Of a stretch of DNA of 64,000 nt, positions 27,626 through 36,457 are shown one piece after another. The DNA comes from Candidatus Poribacteria bacterium (GTDB lineage: Bacteria > Poribacteria > WGA-4E > UBA9662): the NCBI GenBank assembly GCA_036339735.1, contig JAYZAL010000019.1, forward strand, positions 32,001 to 96,000, in the 5' to 3' direction. Within the stretch, counting starts at the first letter, position 1; the number at the start of each line of letters is the position of its first letter. The notes under the pieces were generated by a model. The model searched no databases. It had not been told where the DNA came from and saw only the letters and a program-made list of their open reading frames with translations. Both the position numbers and the translations under genes were made by a program.

Positions 27626-28681
27626 ATGAAAGATAGAAAAAAGTGGATCTTGTTGGCAATATTGTTTTTTATTTTAAATTCGATACCATATGTCATTGCT
27701 CAAGATGCTTGAGGTGCCTGAAGTAACCCCATAATCCCTGAAATGGGGCCGAGCCGTGAGCTCGATATAGAAACGAAGAAAAAATTTCGATTCACTTTTA
27801 ACGTCACACGTTCTTTCAATGCAGAAGGTGGACATAGTGAAACAGGCGGATTGACAACCGATGGTCGACTAATCGAAATTGGAAACCATTGGCATCACGT
27901 GTCTATGTCAATGAGCCGTTTTAATTTAGGACTGCATTACCAATTAAATCCTCGAACTAAGCTAGCACTAGTCTTACCATATAGTATTAAAAATCAGTCA
28001 GCTGAAATTGAATGGGAAGCCTCAAACCCAAGTGTGAGTGACCAGGATGCAGCTATCCGGAATGGTTATATCCATCATAGAGATGAAACATATCGTGGGT
28101 TTGAAGATCTGAATTTAACGACTAACTACCACTGGAATGGGTTTACATCTATAAAAAACGACAGAATTACTCTGTCTGCTGGGTTGTCTATACCAACGGG
28201 TAAAATTGAACCTGATCCATATAAGCTCGGCGACGTAGGAAAAAAACATTTACATCTGCAGTTTGGTACAGGAACACTAACTCCAAGTTTCCAAGTTATC
28301 TACATATTGCCAGTAAACGATTTGCTGTCGGTACAATCTCGGTTATCATTTCGACGTCCCTTCTACGAAAACAAGTATAGTTTTCTGTCTCCTCCAGAAA
28401 CAAGTACCTATTTTGGTATAGCATTAAAAGTCTCGAATATCCTGAGATTACATGGGTCTTGGATGGTATTTAGGCAAGGATTTGGGTATTGGGATGGAAA
28501 TAGAGATCGAAATACTGGTATGCAAATGCATGCTTTACAATTGGGAACAAACACAACAATTGGTCGAAAAACCCCTTTAAATATTAGCGTAATTGTACCT
28601 ATCCATCAACAAATGCTTAGTACGGGGGATACATTCGAGCATGGTATTCTATTGTCGTCTAGTGTTTCTCATGTCTTTTAA
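27626..28681 (+). CDS. His-rich outer-membrane beta-barrel transporter-like protein with N-terminal UxxU (two in-frame TGA): candidate selenoprotein
   Basis: GGAG RBS 27615-27618, ATG 27626, MKDRKKWILLAILFFILNSIPYVIAQDA-TGA-G-A-TGA-SNPIIPE-M, in frame with track ORF 27743; GLSIPTG, LQFGTGT, C-terminal HVF. Confidence 0.7.
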
Positions 28682-28692
28682 AACTAACTAAA

Positions 28693-28722
28693 TTGACAGT
28701 CAGAGGTCTGAATTGTTAGAAT
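28693..28722 (+). promoter_or_regulatory. Sigma70-type promoter
   Basis: TTGACA-18 nt-TAGAAT with TG extension. Confidence 0.55.
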
Positions 28723-28784
28723 GGGATAGTTTATGGGAAGCCATTTGGCAGTTTAGGTCAGGCAATGAAAATTAAGGAGTTTCT

Positions 28785-29792
28785 ATGGCAGATGTTATTC
28801 GTGGTGGAGTGATAGGATATGGTGGTGCTTTTAATATGGGGCGTAGCCATGCTGGGAGTATGCAAAACACTGAAGGTATAGAATGCGTGGCAATTTGCGA
28901 CATTGACCCAGAACGTACTAAAGCCGCTAAAGAAGATTTTCCACAAGTTCGTACTTACAACGACAGTGATGATTTTTTTGCTGACGAAAGCATTGATTTA
29001 GTAACTATTGTTCTGCCTCACAATTTACATGCTCCTGTGGCTATTCAAGCACTTAATGCTGGTAAGCATGCAATAACTGAAAAACCGATGTGCATTACAG
29101 TATCAGAAGCGACTTCGATGATTGAGTCAGCAAAATCTAATGGAAAAATGTTATCGGTTTATCACAATCGGCGTTGGGATCAAGATTTTTGGACATTAAA
29201 GGGTATAATAGAGAGTGGTGTTATTGGTAGACCGCACACGATTGAAATGCGTGCTAGTGGTTATGGTCGGCCGAACCCAGATTGGTGGAGAAGTGTAAAG
29301 TCTGTTTCGGGTGGTATCATATATGACTGGGGGGCACACTATATCGACTGGCTACTAAACGTAGTTGATAATAAAATGATCAGTGTAACCGGATTTTATA
29401 TTGATAATGAAGTCTGGACAGATATTAGTAATGAAGATCATGCACGTGCGTTCATTCGATTTGACGGAGACTTAGTAGCTGACGTGGAATTTTCCCAGAT
29501 CGCTAAAATTGGAGGAGATCGATGGAAGATCTTAGGTACCCATGGGGCAATTCAATCCGCAGATGGCCATTTCAAAGTGTGGTCAGAAATCGAAAATCAG
29601 CAAAGTGAACAAGAAATCTCATATCAAGGTCGCCCAGGCCATAGTTTCTATCAAAATATTGTAGCTCACCTCAGAGAGAATGAACCATTAATAGTTACAC
29701 CAGAGTCTGCTCGACGGGTAATTGCTGTAATGGATTTGGCTGAGAGGTCAGCGAAGTCGCATCAAGCTGAAACCGTACCTTACGAATTTTAA
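28785..29792 (+). CDS. Gfo/Idh/MocA family oxidoreductase
   Basis: IGYGG, EKP, HNRRWD, DWGAH. Confidence 0.9.
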   Translation: MADVIRGGVIGYGGAFNMGRSHAGSMQNTEGIECVAICDIDPERTKAAKEDFPQVRTYNDSDDFFADESIDLVTIVLPHNLHAPVAIQALNAGKHAITEKPMCITVSEATSMIESAKSNGKMLSVYHNRRWDQDFWTLKGIIESGVIGRPHTIEMRASGYGRPNPDWWRSVKSVSGGIIYDWGAHYIDWLLNVVDNKMISVTGFYIDNEVWTDISNEDHARAFIRFDGDLVADVEFSQIAKIGGDRWKILGTHGAIQSADGHFKVWSEIENQQSEQEISYQGRPGHSFYQNIVAHLRENEPLIVTPESARRVIAVMDLAERSAKSHQAETVPYEF

Positions 29793-29804
29793 AGTTTTAA
29801 AAAA

Positions 29805-29854
29805 TCGACATTGGGGTTCTGCCTGATATAATCTAAGCAGAACCCCAATGTCGA
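29805..29854. terminator. Perfect 18-bp inverted repeat between convergent genes
   Basis: TCGACATTGGGGTTCTGC-14 nt-GCAGAACCCCAATGTCGA. Confidence 0.75.
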
Positions 29855-29888
29855 CTCTGCCCCTCTATCAAAAAGATTTCCAACCTTT

Positions 29889-31577
29889 TCAAATGTTCCC
29901 TGTTCCTCGGTGTTGACTAAGCCGGTTAACAGCGTAAGTTCCAATTGAAACTATAATAATAGCAATTACCCCTAAGCTCGCGCTTGGTCCTCTACCTGTA
30001 GTTTCTTGCATATACAAATATATGCCGTAAGAAATAGGGGCCATTTCATTTCTTGGTACGAGCATTAAAGTCGAACTTAATTCGACTGAAGAGCTAATGA
30101 AGGCCATGATTCCACCTGCTACAATACCTGGTAACATTAGGGGTAAAACGATTTTAGTAAAGGTAGATAGAGTATTTGCACCTAGATTTTTTGAGGCTTC
30201 TTCTAGAGATATGTGAATTTGTTGCAACGTAGCATAGCAAGATCGAACTGTGTATGGTAATCTGCGAACCGCGTAGACAATTACTAGGATCAACCAAGTC
30301 TCAGTCAGTGGTTTACCAATGACAGGCAAATCTATCGTGTGGAATATTCTTAGGTAGCCAATTGCCAAAACTACACCTGGGACTGCTAAAGGTAATGTGG
30401 CAATGAAATCCAAAATTGTTCGGCCTAGCATCTTTCCTCTAAGCAGTATGAAAGAAATTATGGCTCCTAGAAATATATCAATCAGAGCCGCCAATGCAGC
30501 GTATACAATAGTATTAAGTATCATTTTTGGGGCATCGGCAAAAACTCTGGTGAAATTGGTAGTGGTATAGATTTTGGGCAGAACTGTAAAGTTCCAAGAT
30601 TTAGCAATAGACATTAGAAAAATACCTATGTGTGGCAGTAAGCAAAAAGTTAACAAAATTATACAGAAACCACTAATCGTCCAACCTTTCCAACCAAAAA
30701 TTTGCAGTCTAGAAATGGAACTACCTGACTTTTGTTGTACATATTCCGATTGCTTAAGATAGTGCAGTGCAAGAACCAATGAGAAGAGAGATAACACAAC
30801 CAGAATTACAGAAATAACATATCCCATTGTACTATTGCCATTAATAGCGGTAATTTGTTGATAAGCTAGAGGTGCTAACAAATTATGATAACCAAGCATC
30901 AGGGGAGTACCGAGATCGTCTATACTTTTGATAAAAACAATTAGTGCACCAGCCATATACCCTGGTTGCATCAGTGGAAATGTGATTTGGCGAAACAGTT
31001 TCCATCCGGAAGCTCCTAGGTTTCTTCCAGCTTCTTCCAGGGAGAGGTCTGCGTTTTCTAAGGCTGATACAGAATTAAGTAAAATAAAGGGAAAGTAGTG
31101 TAATGTTTGAACTAAAACAACACCGGTTAATCCGTCCATGAAAGGAATGGTCGTACCAAAAAACATCCGGATAATTTGATTGATCATACCACTTCGCCCC
31201 AAAATTGTTTGTAGAGCAATAGCGCTAACAAAAGCTGGCATGACCAATGGTAAAACGCCCAGTGTTTGAACGATCAATCGACCTTTGAAGTTATAACGGG
31301 TGGTAAATAAAGCCAAAGGTAAGCTAATAATACTGCTAAAGAAAACTACGATAACACCTACCCATAAACTTCGCCACAAAGCCTCGTTTAGCGAAGGCTG
31401 CTTGAAAAAATTGACAAAGTGGGTTAGTGTTAGGCGACCATTTTCAGTAAATGCGACGTAAATCACTTGCAAAATTGGGAGTAGGATGAAAAAAGATAAG
31501 AGTACCAATAAGCAAATGAAAAGAAGGAATTGGCCAGGGGTTGATGAACCCCGTATTCGTCTGAAAAGTTCTTTCAT
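29889..31577 (-). CDS. Fe3+/FbpB-type ABC transporter permease (two BPD modules)
   Basis: Two EAA loops (LEEAGRNLGA, LEEASKNLGA), DDLGTP, LAVPGVV. Confidence 0.88.
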   Translation of the reverse strand: MKELFRRIRGSSTPGQFLLFICLLVLLSFFILLPILQVIYVAFTENGRLTLTHFVNFFKQPSLNEALWRSLWVGVIVVFFSSIISLPLALFTTRYNFKGRLIVQTLGVLPLVMPAFVSAIALQTILGRSGMINQIIRMFFGTTIPFMDGLTGVVLVQTLHYFPFILLNSVSALENADLSLEEAGRNLGASGWKLFRQITFPLMQPGYMAGALIVFIKSIDDLGTPLMLGYHNLLAPLAYQQITAINGNSTMGYVISVILVVLSLFSLVLALHYLKQSEYVQQKSGSSISRLQIFGWKGWTISGFCIILLTFCLLPHIGIFLMSIAKSWNFTVLPKIYTTTNFTRVFADAPKMILNTIVYAALAALIDIFLGAIISFILLRGKMLGRTILDFIATLPLAVPGVVLAIGYLRIFHTIDLPVIGKPLTETWLILVIVYAVRRLPYTVRSCYATLQQIHISLEEASKNLGANTLSTFTKIVLPLMLPGIVAGGIMAFISSSVELSSTLMLVPRNEMAPISYGIYLYMQETTGRGPSASLGVIAIIIVSIGTYAVNRLSQHRGTGNI

Positions 31578-31692
31578 TGTCTATGATGATACCATTTGTT
31601 TCTGGATTTAGTCAGGTTTGAATGATGAAAATAGTATTTAGAAAGTTGAGCATTTTCTGTTCGTAAACAAGTGTTACAAAAACTTAGGTAGG

Positions 31693-33282
31693 TTGATGGA
31701 AACAATTAATGGAGACTATGCCATCGCTTGGGGAGCTATAGAGGCTGGGGTATCAGTGGTAACTGGTTACCCCGGTTCTCCTGGAACTGGGACATTTAAC
31801 GTTTTATCGGAAACTAAGCTGAAGTTTGGACATCAAACTCAATGGTGTCTTAATGAACGAATAGCTCTTGATATTGCAGCTGGTGTATCTCAGGGAGGTA
31901 AGCGCTCCTTAGTTTGCCTTAAAAGTGTTGGTATGAACGTCGCTCTAGATACTCTAATGGTCTTGAATATGACAGGCATTCATTCGGGATTGGTTATTCT
32001 TGTTGGTGATGATCCTGGTGCTTGGGGGTCTCAAAATGAGCAAGATACTAGGTTTATTGCTCAGATGGCTGAATTACCCATGTTAGAACCCTCCACATTA
32101 CAAGAGGGTCGAGAAATGGTCAAGTGGGCCTTCGAATATTCAGAAGAGCTGAAAACAATAGTAATCATTCGGATAACTCGTAGTTTCACGACCCGACAGG
32201 AAATGGTACCTCCCTTACAACCTCCTAGTTATCACCCAGCTCAGCATCCAGACCGATCTCCGATGCGATGGATTGCTGCCTTGGATAAAACAACTAGCGA
32301 TCACAAGATACTGCACCAAAAGAATGAACAATCGACTCTAGATTTTAGTCAACTACCTTTCAACAGTATAGAGGGTAATTCTCAAAAATCGAAGGGCATT
32401 ATTGCAACAGGTTTTGTGTATACGAAGTTGCAAGAAGCACTAGATGGATATAATTCTAGTGTAAAACTGATGAAGATGAATTCGCTTTATCCTTTACCTA
32501 AAAAACTAGTGATACAATTTCTCAGTCAATGCGAAGAAATTTTGGTTTTTGAGGAAGTAGATCCTTACTTGGAAGATTCTCTAAAATCTATTGGTTACGA
32601 CAGTGGGCATTGCCCCAAGCTTTATGGAAAAAGAACGGGCCATGTTAACTGGGTCGGTGAGTTATTTCGATGGCATATTCAACAATCTTTGAGAAAATTT
32701 TTACCCGATTTTAGACCAAAGAAAAAGTATCTAGAAGCCAATTGGGAACAAGAGAAACCCTTTCGTAAATCTTATTGTGCCGGCTGTCCATATATTGAGA
32801 TTTTGACAAGTCTTAGAGAAGAAGCAGAGAAACTAGACCAGAACCCATTTTTAATAGGCGATCCAGGCTGTGTTATCATGGCAGGTAAACTTTTGGATGC
32901 TAAACTGTGCATGGGTTCATCCATAGGTGTAGCAATTGGTCATCAGTCCGCAGATATAGGGCAAAAGTCGGTAGCCGTATTTGGTGACTCAGCATTTTAC
33001 CATAGTGGAATAAATGCCCTAATACAAGCAAGATTTAGTAATAAAACTCTACTGGCTATTATTTTAGATAATGGTGGAGCTGTAACTACAGGAAATCAAC
33101 CTACTCCAGACAAAAATGGTGTGCCAATCGTAGACTTGATACAAACTTGCCAAGTCGATAAAATGTGGATAATTGAAGAGTGTGATGATGAAGCAACAAT
33201 GCGATCCATCTTTTATCAGGCACTTAGCTCACCAGATGGGTTATACGCAATTGTAATTCGGAAGAAATGTAGACCAGTATAG
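31693..33282 (+). CDS. iorA: Indolepyruvate:ferredoxin oxidoreductase alpha-like subunit, without C-terminal ferredoxin domain
   Basis: GYPGSP, NE, KSVGMNVA, DDPG..SQNEQD, CAGCP, GDPGC, GDSAFYHSG, LDN. Confidence 0.8.
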   Translation: MMETINGDYAIAWGAIEAGVSVVTGYPGSPGTGTFNVLSETKLKFGHQTQWCLNERIALDIAAGVSQGGKRSLVCLKSVGMNVALDTLMVLNMTGIHSGLVILVGDDPGAWGSQNEQDTRFIAQMAELPMLEPSTLQEGREMVKWAFEYSEELKTIVIIRITRSFTTRQEMVPPLQPPSYHPAQHPDRSPMRWIAALDKTTSDHKILHQKNEQSTLDFSQLPFNSIEGNSQKSKGIIATGFVYTKLQEALDGYNSSVKLMKMNSLYPLPKKLVIQFLSQCEEILVFEEVDPYLEDSLKSIGYDSGHCPKLYGKRTGHVNWVGELFRWHIQQSLRKFLPDFRPKKKYLEANWEQEKPFRKSYCAGCPYIEILTSLREEAEKLDQNPFLIGDPGCVIMAGKLLDAKLCMGSSIGVAIGHQSADIGQKSVAVFGDSAFYHSGINALIQARFSNKTLLAIILDNGGAVTTGNQPTPDKNGVPIVDLIQTCQVDKMWIIEECDDEATMRSIFYQALSSPDGLYAIVIRKKCRPV

Positions 33283-33299
33283 GTATTTAGAATTAGTTT

Positions 33300-34064
33300 A
33301 TGTCAAAGAAATACAAATTAACAAATTCTGAGAAAAAACAATTAGACCAAAAGGGTTACATAGTTATACCGGATGTACTATCTTTGGCCGAAATTGACCA
33401 TTACCGATCGCGATTATTGCAGTTAGCAGAGATTGAACAGGATAAAGGTATTGCCTTGTCTCACTCAGATGGTAAAGGCCAATTAGTCCGATGGTTAGTG
33501 AATAAAGGAAAATCTTTTGAACGGTTGGTTGCTCACCCAAGAGTCGTACCATATTTCGAATACATGTTGGGGGAAGACTATATTCTTAGTACACTAACTT
33601 CCAATATTATTAGGCCGGGAGCAAAAGATAGTAATTACCATATAGACCACACACTAAGCCAGATGCCGGAACCCTTACCAAGTTTTCCCGTCTTTGTTAA
33701 TTCTTTGTGGTTATTAGACGATTTCAGCGCAGAAAACGGTGGCACCCGATTTGTTCCCGAAAGTCACCTCCGTCTTAAAAAACCGCCTCCTAATTTATCC
33801 ACTGATTCAGGTGAAAAACGACTTCATGCACCTAAGGGGTCCGTTTTTCTGTTCAATGGTGCAATTTGGCATGCAGCTGGTGCTAATGTAACCGAAAGTG
33901 ACCGTATTGCTTTAATATGTTTTTGTGGCCGATCTTTTATGAAACCCCAGTTTGATTTTGTCAACCATTTGAAAGAAGAAGTCTATCAACGCTCTACACC
34001 AGAGATGCTTCGTATCTATGGATTTGACTCACAACCTAGAAAACCAGACGAGTATTATCAATGA
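33300..34064 (+). CDS. PhyH family dioxygenase
   Basis: HID, LDDFSAENGGT..VPESH, WHAAG. Confidence 0.88.
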   Translation: MSKKYKLTNSEKKQLDQKGYIVIPDVLSLAEIDHYRSRLLQLAEIEQDKGIALSHSDGKGQLVRWLVNKGKSFERLVAHPRVVPYFEYMLGEDYILSTLTSNIIRPGAKDSNYHIDHTLSQMPEPLPSFPVFVNSLWLLDDFSAENGGTRFVPESHLRLKKPPPNLSTDSGEKRLHAPKGSVFLFNGAIWHAAGANVTESDRIALICFCGRSFMKPQFDFVNHLKEEVYQRSTPEMLRIYGFDSQPRKPDEYYQ

Positions 34065-34265
34065 TTATCATTATGATCAACGGATCAAAGCGTACTAAAT
34101 CAGTTGAAGGTGCTACTTGATCAGAAAAAATTGCACCATATCGATAGAGATTCGAAATTCAATCATATCCAAATAAATCAACCTTAGTAATGGTAGAGAT
34201 ACCAGAAATTTGTGGTCTATTATAATCGACTAAGGCCAACTTTAACTGACAATTAATCCATATTC

Positions 34266-35591
34266 ATGCCTAATATCCTGTTAATTTTGACGGACCAACA
34301 GAGTGCAACAATGATGAGTTGCGCTGGTAATCAGTATTTTCAGACACCAGCTATGGACAGTATAGCTCAGAGAGGACAACGATTTGAAAAGGCTTATTGC
34401 ACATTCCCTGTTTGCTTGGCTTCTCGGTTTAGCTTAATGACAGGCCGGATGCCTAGTGAAATTGGTCTGCATCCTCCCATAAGTGTAAATCCACCAATTT
34501 CGCCAAAAATCATCAAAAAAACAATTGGAAATTTACTTAATAACGCTGGATATGAGACCTACTTTGCAGGGAAACATCACTTTCCGAATGCTAGTGCTGA
34601 GGACTGTGGCTTTTCCGTTCTTACAACTGATCAAAGGAATGAATGTGCTGATGTCTGCGCTAAATTCCTGACTCAAAGGGATAGAAAAAAGCCATTTTTT
34701 TTGGTGGCGTCTTTTATCAATCCACATGATATATGCTATATGGCTATCCGCTCAGCTTTACCGAAAATCAGTTCCTATCAAGACGAAGCATATAAATTAG
34801 TAGATAACGGAAAAATTGAAATTAGTACGTTGGATCGAGCATTAGAAAAACCACCTAATATTAGTGAAGACTTATTTTGGCATAAGTTATGCCCCGAACT
34901 GCCAATCAATCATCAGCCTTGGAATGATGAACCTTCAATGGTAAACAAAATATTGAGGCAACGTCAGTTTCGCTCTATCGTGAGAAAAAATTGGACTGAC
35001 CAAGATTGGCGTTTGCATAGATGGGCTTATGGTCGGTTAACAGAGATGGTAGATGAGCAGATTGGTCGTGTTCTTCGCGCCTTAAGACAGTCTGGTTTAG
35101 AACAGGATACAGTTATCATTTTCACTAGCGATCATGGAGATCATGATGGAGCAAGGAAGATGGAGCATAAAACTTTTCCTTATGAAGAAGCCACACGAAT
35201 TCCGTTAATTATTTCTTTTTTGGGTGAAAGTAAAGAAGGGAGTGTCGACAAAACACATCTGGTTTCTAATGGGCTGGATTTGTTGCCTACATTATGTGAT
35301 TATGCTGAAATTGATATACCAAATGAACTGAATGGTAGAAGTCTTCGTCCTTTAACGTTAGCTCAAAGTGATTCCAAATGGAGACGAAATTTGTTGATTG
35401 AAAGTACCAATAGCCGAGCGATTCAAGATAACCGTTACAAGTATATTTTGTATAATCAAGGCAACAATCGTGAACAATTTTTTGATCTTCAGACTGATCC
35501 AAATGAAATGGTAAATCTGATCAATGAACTAGAGTATATAGCTCCTTTTGAAGCCTTGAAATCTAAGCTTATTAAATCAATGGAGGTGTAA
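34266..35591 (+). CDS. Cys-type sulfatase (choline-sulfatase-like)
   Basis: PNIL..TDQ, CLASR..MTG, GKHH, PHD, SDHGD. Confidence 0.9.
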   Translation: MPNILLILTDQQSATMMSCAGNQYFQTPAMDSIAQRGQRFEKAYCTFPVCLASRFSLMTGRMPSEIGLHPPISVNPPISPKIIKKTIGNLLNNAGYETYFAGKHHFPNASAEDCGFSVLTTDQRNECADVCAKFLTQRDRKKPFFLVASFINPHDICYMAIRSALPKISSYQDEAYKLVDNGKIEISTLDRALEKPPNISEDLFWHKLCPELPINHQPWNDEPSMVNKILRQRQFRSIVRKNWTDQDWRLHRWAYGRLTEMVDEQIGRVLRALRQSGLEQDTVIIFTSDHGDHDGARKMEHKTFPYEEATRIPLIISFLGESKEGSVDKTHLVSNGLDLLPTLCDYAEIDIPNELNGRSLRPLTLAQSDSKWRRNLLIESTNSRAIQDNRYKYILYNQGNNREQFFDLQTDPNEMVNLINELEYIAPFEALKSKLIKSMEV

Positions 35592-35596
35592 ATGTT

Positions 35597-36388
35597 ATGC
35601 CATTTCGCGTTTTAATGATCATTTTAGTTTTCTGTGTTCTTTCAATTGATGCTCAGGTGAATAAAAAAGGGTTGATCATCCACTATAGTTTTGATAAGAA
35701 AACCATCACCGGAAAGGAAATTAAGGATCTATCTGGTAACAAAAACCACGGTGTTATAAAGGGTAGTCAAAAGACTGTCAAAGGTAAAGTTGGACAAGCT
35801 ATGGAATTTAAAGGGGCAGCACCTGACTATATTTCGGTTCGGAACCATCACTATTCCAAAGCTAATATTGAAGAATTTTCTATTATGGCTTGGGTTAGGG
35901 CTCCGAGTCGTGGGATGATCGCCTCTTGGGACCGAAGTGAATTTTTTCGTTTTGGTGTTGGAGATGATCAACTGGGAAATAATGATTTTATTGCGTTTGA
36001 TACCTGTTGTGGAATACATGATTGGCATGGGAAAAAGAAAATTACCGATGATAAATGGCATCATGTGCTCGCGACCTATGATGGGAAAAATAAGCGGATT
36101 TATGTGGATGGAAAGCTTGATGCAGAAACAGCTGTACCACATAAGGTTATGGGGAAAGCTATCACTCGATATGGGTTCATCGGAATAGGATCGGAAGCTG
36201 GTGCTTTCGATGGTCCAACTGGTCCAAATTGGGCTTTCAAAGGCTTAATGGACGAGTTTCTTCTTTATCACAGAGCCCTAAATGATAAAGAAGCTAAATA
36301 CCTTTCTACAGGACCAGTAAATCCGTTTGCTGTTGATCCCCAAATCAAATTAGCAACAAATTGGGGCCATCTTAAGGTAAATCAATAA
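35597..36388 (+). CDS. Secreted LamG-like protein with conserved C-terminal tail
   Basis: HYSFD, WHHV.ATYDG, YVDG, GLMDE; ends AVDPQIKLATNWGHLK. Confidence 0.85.
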   Translation: MPFRVLMIILVFCVLSIDAQVNKKGLIIHYSFDKKTITGKEIKDLSGNKNHGVIKGSQKTVKGKVGQAMEFKGAAPDYISVRNHHYSKANIEEFSIMAWVRAPSRGMIASWDRSEFFRFGVGDDQLGNNDFIAFDTCCGIHDWHGKKKITDDKWHHVLATYDGKNKRIYVDGKLDAETAVPHKVMGKAITRYGFIGIGSEAGAFDGPTGPNWAFKGLMDEFLLYHRALNDKEAKYLSTGPVNPFAVDPQIKLATNWGHLKVNQ

Positions 36389-36457
36389 TCATTCCAAAAC
36401 CTGAATTTTTGGAAGTAAAGCTATCAGGTTTTCTTGGTAAAGCAAGCAAATTTATTA

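Noticed and set aside
27710-27721. Genome-wide TGA reassignment (code 4/25) as the explanation for the in-frame TGAs
   Set aside because: hemL, hisN, thrB and other genes end at TGA at expected lengths, and Trp is encoded by TGG throughout.
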